A stretch of DNA of 64,000 nt from assembly GCA_001029715.1 (NCBI GenBank), contig CP011212.1, positions 462,936 to 526,935 on the forward strand. The letters are read 5' to 3'. The notes below the pieces were generated by a model. The model was not told the origin of the DNA, ran no database searches, and worked only from the letters and a program-made list of their open reading frames with translations. Shown in pieces: positions 56,075-64,000 of this stretch. This DNA is from a candidate division TM6 bacterium GW2011_GWF2_28_16 (GTDB taxonomy: Bacteria; Patescibacteriota; Microgenomatia; UBA1400; PJMF01). The translations under genes were made by a program, and so were the position numbers. Every line of letters begins with the position of its first letter. Within the stretch, counting starts at the first letter, position 1.

Positions 56075-57479
56075 GCAAGAGTTTTTTCAGCTTGCTTTGA
56101 TCTTATTACTAGCTTTTTCCCTGCGACTTTATCGGATCAATAATCCAGTCGCTGATTGGCATGCTTTTCGTCAAGCTGACACTGCTTCTGTCACTAGAGA
56201 ATATGTTAAGGCAGACAAAATTGACTTACTTAGACCGCATTATCAAGATCTTTCCAACATTCAATCGGGTTTTGATAACTTAGAGGGCTATAGAATGGTC
56301 GAATTTCCCTTCATTAATGCTTTTCTTGCTCTTATCCTAAAAACCTTTAAAGGTCTTGACCTAGTCTTGTTTAGTCGTCTTGCTTCAGTTTCTATTTCTC
56401 TCTTAACAATTTTAGTGCTTTATAAACTAGTCAGAGAAGTATCTGGCAAGAAAACAGCTCTGCTGAGTGCTTTTGTTTATGCTGTTTTGCCTTACAGTGT
56501 TTTTTATTCTAGAGCTATTCTGCCAGAGCCTTATTTTTTATTTTTTTCAACTTTATCAATCTGGCAGTTTTATTTATTTGCTAAGACAAAAAAATTCTCA
56601 AATTATTTCCTAGCATTATTAGGACTGCTCTTGGCTGCCTTGCTCAAGCCTTTTGTTATTTTCTTAGCCCCGGTTTATTTGATGATTTTATGGCAATTCC
56701 GTCACAATAGGATTTTGCTCGATCCAAGAGTTTACTTATTACCAATTTTAGCTTTTACTCCACTTTTAATCTGGCGCGAGTGGATTAAGGATTTTCCAAC
56801 TGGAATCCCAGTTTCTGATTGGCTTTTTAATGGCAATGGCATTCGTTTGCGACCAGCTTGGTTTCGCTGGCTTTTTTATGAAAGATTAACTAAATTATTT
56901 TTAGGTTACTTTGGCTTGACTTTTTTAGTGAGTAATTTATTCAAAAAAGGCAAAGGGTTCTATCTTTACGGAGCTTGGTGGCTGAGTGTTTTACTTTATT
57001 TTATCGTCATTGCCTCAGGTAATGTCCAGCATGATTATTACCAAAATTTCATCTTACCAATTGTTGCCATCTCTGTAGCACGAGGAATGATAATTCTTTA
57101 TGAAAAGTTAAATAAAAAAATCGCCCTAGCCACTGTTATTTCACTTTTTGCTCTTAGTTGGTTTTTTGCTAGCAAACAAATTAGTGGCTACTTTAATGTT
57201 AATCACTGGGAATATATTGAGGCTGGCAAAGCAGTCGATCAGTTAGTTGACCCACAAGCCTTGGTCATCGCGCCAGCCATGGGTGACACTCAGTTTCTTT
57301 TTCAGACCAATCGTCGTGGTTGGCCGATTGGTTTTGAAATAGAAGACAAAATCAATAAAGGGGCCTCTGTCTATGTTTCAACTGATTATGATTTTGAAGC
57401 TAAAGATTTAGAAAAAAAATATCAAGTGATTGCTAAAAATGACAATTACATTATTATTGATCTGAAAGCCAAGCAATAA
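56046..57479 (+). CDS. GT-C-fold membrane glycosyltransferase, ArnT/PMT-like
   Basis: 477 aa with about 11 TM helices. It has the N-terminal LRLYRINNP motif and a loop-1 motif, DWHAFRQADTASV, which is a variant of the acidic DE motif. The C-terminal domain is soluble. Confidence 0.45.
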   Translation: MLKKIKKVFKQEFFQLALILLLAFSLRLYRINNPVADWHAFRQADTASVTREYVKADKIDLLRPHYQDLSNIQSGFDNLEGYRMVEFPFINAFLALILKTFKGLDLVLFSRLASVSISLLTILVLYKLVREVSGKKTALLSAFVYAVLPYSVFYSRAILPEPYFLFFSTLSIWQFYLFAKTKKFSNYFLALLGLLLAALLKPFVIFLAPVYLMILWQFRHNRILLDPRVYLLPILAFTPLLIWREWIKDFPTGIPVSDWLFNGNGIRLRPAWFRWLFYERLTKLFLGYFGLTFLVSNLFKKGKGFYLYGAWWLSVLLYFIVIASGNVQHDYYQNFILPIVAISVARGMIILYEKLNKKIALATVISLFALSWFFASKQISGYFNVNHWEYIEAGKAVDQLVDPQALVIAPAMGDTQFLFQTNRRGWPIGFEIEDKINKGASVYVSTDYDFEAKDLEKKYQVIAKNDNYIIIDLKAKQ

Positions 57480-58678
57480 TGAAAATTTTAATGCTCACTC
57501 CTTATCTGCCCTATCCACTCCTTTCTGGTGGACAAATTCGTACTTACAACTTACTTAAAAAATTAAGTAAAAAGCACCAAATTACGCTTTTTGCCTTGAT
57601 TAAGAGTGAAGAAGAAAAACAATATGTAGGTGAACTGGAAAAGTACTGTTATAAAGTCAGAGTTTTTAAACGCACTGAAAAACCTTTTACTTTGAAAAAT
57701 ATTTTTAAAACTGTTTTTTCTAGTTTTCCATTTTTAGTCATTCGCAATCAAGCTGAGGGGAGCTTAGAGGCTGTAGAAAAAGAAATTGCCAGAGAAAAAT
57801 ATGATTTAATTCATGCAGAAACTTTTTACATGATGCCTCATATTCCAAAGTGTAGAATCCCAATTATTCTAGTTGAACAAACGATTGAATATCTGGGTTA
57901 TGAGAGTTACGTTAAAAAAGCCAAATTTTACTTAAAGCCATTTTTTAATATCGATGTCAAAAAGATTCGTCGTTGGGAGAAATATTACTGGCAAAAAGCT
58001 GAGCGTCTCATTGTCATGAGCGAAGAAGATCGTCAATTTATTGCCAAAGATTTAGATAAAGAAAAAATTGACGTAGTTGCTAATGGCGTTGATACCAAAT
58101 GGTTTACAGAAAAGAAACGCCAAATAGTTAATAAGCCAACTGTTCTTTCTGTTGGCACTTTTAAGTGGCTGCCAAATATTGAAGCTGTTGATTTTTTAGT
58201 CAATAAAATTTGGCCTTTAATCAAAATTAAAATGCCTACTGCAGAATTGCTGATTGTTGGCAATGCGCCGACTACCAAAGTCATTGCTTACGGAGAAAAT
58301 GATCCACAGATCAAAGTTGCTGGCAGAGTAGAAGATATTCGTGATGCTTTCCAAAATGCCCATGTTCTCCTGGCTCCAGTTTTTAGTGGCAAAGGAACAC
58401 GCTATAAAATTCTAGAAGCTATGGCTAGCGGAACTCCAGTGGTTGCAAGTAAAATAGCCGTAGAAGGTTTAAAAATTGAAGATGGTCAGCATGTTTTAAC
58501 CAGCAATAGTGCTTCTGTCTTAGCAGATTTGACAGTCAGAGTACTTAATGATAAAAATCTCTGGCAAACACTTTCCAAAAATGGTAAAGAATTTGTTGCA
58601 CTCAATTATGACTGGGAATTAATTTCACAAAAATTAGATAGGATTTATCAAGAAATAGGAAATTATGCAAAAAAATAA
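57479..58678 (+). CDS. GT4 (GT-B) glycosyltransferase
   Basis: The motif reads GKGTRYKILEAMASGTPVVASKIAVEGL. It is 399 aa. Confidence 0.65.
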   Translation: MKILMLTPYLPYPLLSGGQIRTYNLLKKLSKKHQITLFALIKSEEEKQYVGELEKYCYKVRVFKRTEKPFTLKNIFKTVFSSFPFLVIRNQAEGSLEAVEKEIAREKYDLIHAETFYMMPHIPKCRIPIILVEQTIEYLGYESYVKKAKFYLKPFFNIDVKKIRRWEKYYWQKAERLIVMSEEDRQFIAKDLDKEKIDVVANGVDTKWFTEKKRQIVNKPTVLSVGTFKWLPNIEAVDFLVNKIWPLIKIKMPTAELLIVGNAPTTKVIAYGENDPQIKVAGRVEDIRDAFQNAHVLLAPVFSGKGTRYKILEAMASGTPVVASKIAVEGLKIEDGQHVLTSNSASVLADLTVRVLNDKNLWQTLSKNGKEFVALNYDWELISQKLDRIYQEIGNYAKK

Positions 58679-59555
58679 AATTAAAATAGATCTAAGTATT
58701 ATTATTTTGAATTATAATGGTCAGTTTTGGCTTAAAAAATTGCTTCCAACTCTCAAGAAGAACTATCTTGATAAGACTAAATATCAGGTTGAGCTAATCG
58801 TTGTTGATAATGCTAGCACCGATGACAGTGTTAAATTAATGCGTAAAAATTTTAAATGGGCTACTACAATTGAATCTGGTCGCAATGGTGGTTTTGCTTT
58901 TGGCAATAATGTCGCCATTAAAGGCAATCAAGCTCGTTATGTAATGTTACTTAATAGCGACACTGAATTTTTAAATAATAAGCAATCAGATCTTGATCAA
59001 ATTATTGAATATATGGATCAAAATAAAGAAGTTGCTATGGTTTCTCCCAGAGTTGAATTAAGTGACGGCAGTCTTGATCCAGCTTGTCATCGTGGAGAAC
59101 CAACTCCTTGGACAAGTTTTGCTTATTTTACTGGTTTGGAAAAATTATTTCCAAAAATTAAGTTTTTTTCTGGATATCATCAAAGTTACAAAGACTTAAA
59201 AACTATCCATGAAGTCGACGCTTGTACTGGCGCCGCTATGATTGTACGCAATAGTGCTATTAAAAAAGTTGGCATGCTAGATGAAATTTTCTTTATGTAT
59301 GCCGAAGACTTAGATTGGTGTAAACGTTTTCGCGATGCTGGCTATAAGATTGTCTTTTATCCAAAAATTAAAATTATTCATCACAAATACAAATCAGGTA
59401 TTAAAAGTAGCAATAAAAAAACTGCTTCATTTACTCAGCAACATTTTTATAAAACCATGTTGCAATATTACGACAAGCATTACAAAAATAAATATCCTAA
59501 ATTTGTCAGAAAAATTGTGGAGTATTTCGTTCTAATTAAAACAGATGTACGATAA
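58665..59555 (+). CDS. GT2 glycosyltransferase
   Basis: The sequence runs LSIIILNYNGQFWLKKLL ... VVDNASTDDS ... GFAFGNNVA ... LNSD. Confidence 0.6.
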   Translation: MQKNKIKIDLSIIILNYNGQFWLKKLLPTLKKNYLDKTKYQVELIVVDNASTDDSVKLMRKNFKWATTIESGRNGGFAFGNNVAIKGNQARYVMLLNSDTEFLNNKQSDLDQIIEYMDQNKEVAMVSPRVELSDGSLDPACHRGEPTPWTSFAYFTGLEKLFPKIKFFSGYHQSYKDLKTIHEVDACTGAAMIVRNSAIKKVGMLDEIFFMYAEDLDWCKRFRDAGYKIVFYPKIKIIHHKYKSGIKSSNKKTASFTQQHFYKTMLQYYDKHYKNKYPKFVRKIVEYFVLIKTDVR

Positions 59556-60690
59556 AAAAACTTACAGAATAGGCATTGATGCCAGGTTAGCCGGTCAAAG
59601 ACACGCTGGTATTGGTCGCTATAGTGAAAATCTAATCAAAAACTTAATTGAAATTTCTTCAGAGAAGAATAATAAAACAGCAGTTAAATTTATTTTATTT
59701 TTCTTTGACATGGAGCAAGCCAAAGAAGTCTTAGGTGATTTTTTTGAAAATGAAAATGTTGAAATTGTGATCACTAGCATCAAACATTATGGTTTTAGAG
59801 AACAGATTATTCTTCCTAAAATTTATAAAAAAGCTAAATTAGATTTACTTTATGTACCACATTGGAATGTGCCTTTTCTTTACGAAGGTAAGCTCATTCT
59901 TACTATTCATGATTTACTTTGGTATGAACAAAAAGGCACCCAAGCTACAACGCTCAAGCCCTGGCTTTATTTCATAAAATATCTTGCCCATAAATATGTC
60001 AGTAGAAAAGCCGTCCAAAGAGCTCTTCTTATTTTTGTGCCTACAGAAACCGTTAAAGAAACTGTGACTCATTACTATCCTTTTGCTAAAAATAAAATCA
60101 TTGTTAGCAAAGAAGGAATTGCTCCAGACTATCAAATTACCTTAAAACAAAAAATAGAAATAAAACAAAGAATTAAAAAGCAATTAATCTACACTGGTTC
60201 GCTATATCCTCATAAGAATTTAGAAATTGTTATTAAAAGTCTCAGCAAAATACCTAAGTATAAACTCCTAATTATTTCTTCTCGTAATATCTTTATAGAT
60301 CAAATTAAAACTTTAATTTCTAATTATAAAGTCAAAAAGCAGGTGGTTTTTCTAGGCTATGTTCCTGACAAAAAATTAATTGAACTTTATCAAGAGTCAA
60401 TGGCATTAGTTCAACCATCTCTCTCAGAAGGTTTTGGGTTAACAGGTATTGAAGCTATGGCTAGCCATTTACCAGTTTTAGCTTCAGACATAAAAGTTTT
60501 TAGAGAAATTTATCAAGATGCAGCTTTCTTTTTCAATCCAAAATCTTCAGAAGATTTTGTCAATTCTCTGGAAAATTTGGAGCTAGCTAATCGTAAAAAA
60601 ACTATTGAGCGCGGTTTAAAAATAGCCAGTCAATATAGTTTTGAGAAAATGGCTAAAGAAATCTGGTCAGAGTTTCTCAAACAATTATGA
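59545..60690 (+). CDS. GT4 (GT-B) glycosyltransferase
   Basis: The motif reads EGFGLTGIEAMASHLPVLASDIKVFREI. Confidence 0.65.
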   Translation: MYDKKTYRIGIDARLAGQRHAGIGRYSENLIKNLIEISSEKNNKTAVKFILFFFDMEQAKEVLGDFFENENVEIVITSIKHYGFREQIILPKIYKKAKLDLLYVPHWNVPFLYEGKLILTIHDLLWYEQKGTQATTLKPWLYFIKYLAHKYVSRKAVQRALLIFVPTETVKETVTHYYPFAKNKIIVSKEGIAPDYQITLKQKIEIKQRIKKQLIYTGSLYPHKNLEIVIKSLSKIPKYKLLIISSRNIFIDQIKTLISNYKVKKQVVFLGYVPDKKLIELYQESMALVQPSLSEGFGLTGIEAMASHLPVLASDIKVFREIYQDAAFFFNPKSSEDFVNSLENLELANRKKTIERGLKIASQYSFEKMAKEIWSEFLKQL

Positions 60691-61850
60691 AAAGCAAAAT
60701 TGCCCTGATTTATGATCGAGCTAACACTGCTTACGGCGGGGCAGAGCAAGTGCTTTTAGCACTTAAGTCTCTTTATCCAGAAATTGTTCTTTTTAGTTCA
60801 GTTTATGATTCTAAAAAAGCCAAGTGGACTAAAAAATTTATTATCAAAAGTTCCTTCCTACAAAAAATTCCCTTTGCTAAAAATTTACATCGATATTTAG
60901 CAGCCCTAATGCCACTTGCTTTTGAAACTCTTGATTTGTCGAGTTATGACATCGTCATTTCCGTTACCAGTGCTGAAGCTAAAGGCGTAATCACTCGAAG
61001 AGATCAGCTACACCTTTGTTATTTACTTAGTCCACCACGTTATCTTTATCATTACCAAAATGAATACCTAAGACAAAATCATTTATTGCGCTTGCCAGTT
61101 ATTAATCATTTGGCAAAAAAAGCTCTTTCTTATCTTAAAAAATGGGATCAAACTGCCATTTATCGCCCTGATTTAATTATTCCAATTGCTGAAGTTGTCA
61201 AAAAAAGAGCAGAGAAATATTATAAAAATCTCAAGCTTGAAGAAGTAATTTATCCACCAATTGATTCTTCTTTACTTAATTTTAGAAACTCCAATGAAAA
61301 AAACTCGGACAAAGAAAAATACTTTCTCCTCGTCAGTCGTCTGGTTCCTTATAAAAATGTTGCTCCAGCCATTTTGGCCTGCCAAAAATTGGGCTATAAA
61401 TTAGTTATTGTTGGTGAAGGTCCAGAAGAAAAAAAGCTTAAGCAAATTGCTAACAGATTGACCATTTTTCGTAAAAAACTTAATAAAGAAGAACTGGCTA
61501 ATTTATATCAAAACTGCCAAGCTGTCCTCAGTCCAGGTTTGGATGACTTTGGTATTGCGGCTTTGGAAGCCAACCTTTTTGGCAAAGCCATTATTATTAA
61601 TCAGCTCTCTGGCGCCGCTGAATTAATTAAAGACAATCTACATGGTATTCATTTGTTATATGAAGAAAATGACCAGATGGAAACCATTACAGAAAATTTA
61701 ATTAAAAGTATTAAAAAACTAGAAAAAAATCACTTTGATCAAAAAACACTCAGCAAAAATGCATTGAAATATGATACAAATAAATTCGCTTTTAATTTCG
61801 ACCAAGCTCTCAAAAAAGCTTATAATGCAAAAATGGAAGGAAGATTATGA
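60687..61850 (+). CDS. GT4-like (GT-B) glycosyltransferase
   Basis: 387 aa. The N-terminal GT-B domain reads KIALIYDRANTAYGGAEQVLLAL. The C-terminal part reads LVSRLVPYKNV ... IVGEGPE ... and is more diverged. Confidence 0.45.
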   Translation: MKSKIALIYDRANTAYGGAEQVLLALKSLYPEIVLFSSVYDSKKAKWTKKFIIKSSFLQKIPFAKNLHRYLAALMPLAFETLDLSSYDIVISVTSAEAKGVITRRDQLHLCYLLSPPRYLYHYQNEYLRQNHLLRLPVINHLAKKALSYLKKWDQTAIYRPDLIIPIAEVVKKRAEKYYKNLKLEEVIYPPIDSSLLNFRNSNEKNSDKEKYFLLVSRLVPYKNVAPAILACQKLGYKLVIVGEGPEEKKLKQIANRLTIFRKKLNKEELANLYQNCQAVLSPGLDDFGIAALEANLFGKAIIINQLSGAAELIKDNLHGIHLLYEENDQMETITENLIKSIKKLEKNHFDQKTLSKNALKYDTNKFAFNFDQALKKAYNAKMEGRL

Positions 61851-62950
61851 CCGATAAAAAACACATCTACGCCGTACTTCTAGCTGGAGGTGGCGGAACT
61901 AGACTTTGGCCTAAATCAAGAACTCAAACTCCTAAACAATTTCTCAAATTAACTGGTCCAGAAACGATGATGCAAATCGCTGCCTCTCGTATTAATAAAT
62001 TAGTTGACTGGGAAAATATCATTGTCGTTACTAATAAAATTTATCTAGAAGAGGTAAAGAGGCAATTACCAGAAATAAAAGTTGAGAACATCATTGCTGA
62101 ACCAGAAAAAAGAGATACTGCTCCCGCCATGTTGGTAGGCGCTCTGTATGCCAAGAGCAAAGATGAAAATGCCATCGTCATCAATGCTGCTTCTGATCAC
62201 ATTGTTGAAGATATGCCTGAATTCATTAAGGTTATGAGCGCCGCTGTTGAGACAGCTGAGCAAAATCCTTATCTAGTAACCGTCGGCATCACTCCTTCTT
62301 TCCCGACCAGTGCTTTTGGCTACATTAAAGTCGGTCTCGATATTAAAAAAATTAAAAGAGATCTAATGCTCTTTAAGGTCGATAGCTTTACCGAAAAACC
62401 AAATCTCGCCACGGCAATTGCCTTTATTTCTACAGGGGCTTATTTCTGGAATGCCAATATGTATGTCTGGTCAGCTAAAGAACTTAAAGCTGCCTTTGCT
62501 AAGTTCATGCCAGATATGCTTGAAGTTTGCAAAGATCTTGACCAACTAAACAGCAAAGATTTTCATAAAGCTTTGCCAAATGTTTATAAAGAAATTGAAA
62601 GTATTTCTATAGATTACGCCATTAGTGAAAAAGCCGAGAATCTAGTTCTTATCCCTGGAGATTTTGGTTGGAATGATGTCGGCGATTGGAAAGTTGTCTA
62701 TGATCTAGGCAAAAAAGATCTTTCCGGTAATGTTACCATTGGTGATGAAAAGGAAATTCGCACCCTCTCAGTTAATTCGCACAGGAATCTCATTCACACA
62801 GATGGGCGACTGGTGGCTATTTCTGGAATTGATGATTTAATTGTTATAGATACAGATGAAATTCTAATGATTTGTCCTAAGGGAAAAAGTCAAGATGTTA
62901 AAAAATTAGTAGAACGACTCAAAGAAGAACATAAAAAAGAATATCTCTAA
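61847..62950 (+). CDS. manC: mannose-1-phosphate guanylyltransferase (GDP-mannose pyrophosphorylase), nucleotidyltransferase domain only
   Basis: The N-terminus reads IYAVLLAGGGGTRLWPKSRTQTPKQFLKL, which matches the ManC N-terminus. It is 367 aa and has no C-terminal PMI/cupin domain. Confidence 0.7.
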   Translation: MTDKKHIYAVLLAGGGGTRLWPKSRTQTPKQFLKLTGPETMMQIAASRINKLVDWENIIVVTNKIYLEEVKRQLPEIKVENIIAEPEKRDTAPAMLVGALYAKSKDENAIVINAASDHIVEDMPEFIKVMSAAVETAEQNPYLVTVGITPSFPTSAFGYIKVGLDIKKIKRDLMLFKVDSFTEKPNLATAIAFISTGAYFWNANMYVWSAKELKAAFAKFMPDMLEVCKDLDQLNSKDFHKALPNVYKEIESISIDYAISEKAENLVLIPGDFGWNDVGDWKVVYDLGKKDLSGNVTIGDEKEIRTLSVNSHRNLIHTDGRLVAISGIDDLIVIDTDEILMICPKGKSQDVKKLVERLKEEHKKEYL

Positions 62951-62954
62951 AGCT

Positions 62955-63581
62955 ATGACTTACGATCAACAAAAAAGAATTATGGATTTAGTGGTGGCCA
63001 GCGTTTTAATCATCGCTTTTTTGCCATTCTGGATAATTGTTCCTCTTTTGATTTTCTTTGATTCTGGTTGGCCAGTTATTTTCACTCATCGTAGAGTTGG
63101 TAAAGATGGAATTGATTTTGAACTTTTTAAATTTCGTTCCATGGTTCTAAATGCTGACGAGATTCTTCACCAAAAAAACCACAAGTTATTGGAACAATTC
63201 AAAAATGGTGACTGGAAAATTGCTGCCAAAGATGACCCTCGCATTACCCCACTAGGCAGATTTTTGCGTTCTTTTACCGTTGATGAATTTCCTCAACTTT
63301 TTAATGTACTCAAGGGAGAAATGAGCATGGTTGGTCCTAGAGCTTATGTCCGCAAAGAGCTCGAAGAGCAAAGTAAAAAATATCCAGAAACTAAAAAATA
63401 TATTCCTCACATTCTCTCAGTTAAACCTGGAGTTACTGGTCCGTGGCAAACAAGCGGTCGCAATGAAATTCCTTTTGCTCAAAGAGCCAAAATGGATGCT
63501 GAATATGCTTCAAAGAAAGAAATTGAAAGCGATTTGCTTATTCTCCTACGCACTCCAAAAGCCATGCTCTCAAAATGGTAG
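62955..63581 (+). CDS. Initiating polyprenyl-phosphate sugar-phosphate transferase, bacterial sugar transferase family (small WbaP/PglC-like phosphoglycosyltransferase)
   Basis: 208 aa with a single N-terminal re-entrant helix. The sequence runs RIMDLVVASVLIIAF ... PVIFTHRRVGKDGIDFELFKFRSMV ... DPRITPLGRFLRSFTVDEFPQLFNVLKGEMSMVGPRA and matches the PF02397 core. Confidence 0.75.
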   Translation: MTYDQQKRIMDLVVASVLIIAFLPFWIIVPLLIFFDSGWPVIFTHRRVGKDGIDFELFKFRSMVLNADEILHQKNHKLLEQFKNGDWKIAAKDDPRITPLGRFLRSFTVDEFPQLFNVLKGEMSMVGPRAYVRKELEEQSKKYPETKKYIPHILSVKPGVTGPWQTSGRNEIPFAQRAKMDAEYASKKEIESDLLILLRTPKAMLSKW

Positions 63582-63616
63582 CCATCGTAGTAGTCGTCTC
63601 AGTTTGAGTCTGCTAT

Positions 63617-64000
63617 ACTAAAATCTTATGGATATAGAACAAGAACAAATTCTCAATAAATTTTCTCATACTGCTGATAAATATGCTCAAGAAGACAGTT
63701 CACTTTTGGAGCAAGAAATTCAAGCAGAACCAAAAAAAAAGAAGTTAAGACTTCCTCTCAAACCTTGGCAAAAAAGATTATTTATTTCTCTTTTAGTTAT
63801 TCTTGCCTTGTTTGTCAGCGTAGCTAGCTATACCGCTTTCATTATTAGAGATATCAAAAAAGAAATTGATCTAGCCACTCCAATAGCTTTTGAGGCGAAA
63901 ACTTTGCTTGCCAGTCAAAATATAATGGCTTTGCCAGAAAAGATCTTTCAACTCAAAAGCAGCAAAGAAAAAATCCAAGGCAAATATCAAAAATTGGCTT
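63617..64000 (+). CDS. N-terminal part of a single-pass membrane-anchored protein, truncated by the window end
   Basis: The frame opens at the ATG at 63617 and has no stop before 64000. A short cytoplasmic N-terminus is followed by one TM (LFISLLVILALFVSVASYTAFII) and then an extracytoplasmic region. The product cannot be assigned from this fragment. Confidence 0.3.

Noticed and set aside
1-64000. Possibility of an alternative genetic code (UGA recoding, as in some candidate phyla)
   Set aside because: All well-supported genes (argS, ruvB, ahcY, glf) give full-length, motif-complete proteins under the standard code with ordinary stop usage. Nothing in this window points to recoding.
1-64000. 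Mobile-element hallmarks (transposase, integrase, recombinase, phage structural genes) that would explain the AT-rich island or the GC-rich islet
   Set aside because: No ORF in the window has DDE transposase, tyrosine or serine recombinase, or phage protein signatures. Apart from the ruvCAB housekeeping resolvase and helicase, I saw no other nuclease, helicase or NTPase-domain genes. Compositional shifts and the toxin-antitoxin modules are the only mobility-associated signals, so I make no mobile_element call.

Overview
This is low-GC DNA (about 35% GC by eye) with very compact, mostly plus-strand gene packing and frequent 1-60 nt gene overlaps. That layout is typical of a reduced genome such as Candidate Phyla Radiation/Patescibacteria, but that taxonomic assignment is inference only. 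Almost the whole 64 kb is one cell-surface glycosylation supercluster. It has at least 12 polytopic GT-C-fold membrane glycosyltransferases (many with a PMT/ArnT-like loop-1 DE motif), about 12 GT4 and about 9 GT2 enzymes, three polyprenyl-phosphate or initiating sugar transferases, two Wzx-type flippases, an O-antigen-ligase/Wzy-like protein, and nucleotide-sugar enzymes (glf, a UDP-xylose synthase, two epimerases, manC). Housekeeping genes argS and ruvC-ruvA-ruvB sit inside the cluster, as does an S-adenosylmethionine recycling trio (a PfkB kinase, ahcY, an FkbM-like methyltransferase). A 10.5-kb, markedly more AT-rich island on the minus strand (about 26.7-37.2 kb) carries a Wzx flippase, four GT4s, two methyltransferases and a giant GT39 fusion protein. 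It looks like horizontally acquired O-antigen-like cargo. Other features are two type II toxin-antitoxin pairs (an RHH antitoxin with a RelE/ParE toxin, and DinJ-YafQ), a small GC-elevated islet with an orphan gene, a perfect 12-bp inverted repeat and a strong terminator, and a tRNA-like gene (putative tRNA-Arg ACG with a non-canonical D-arm) flanked by hairpins and two orphan ORFs. I found no CRISPR array, transposase or integrase. Every call is from reading the sequence and the ORF translations; none was checked against a database.
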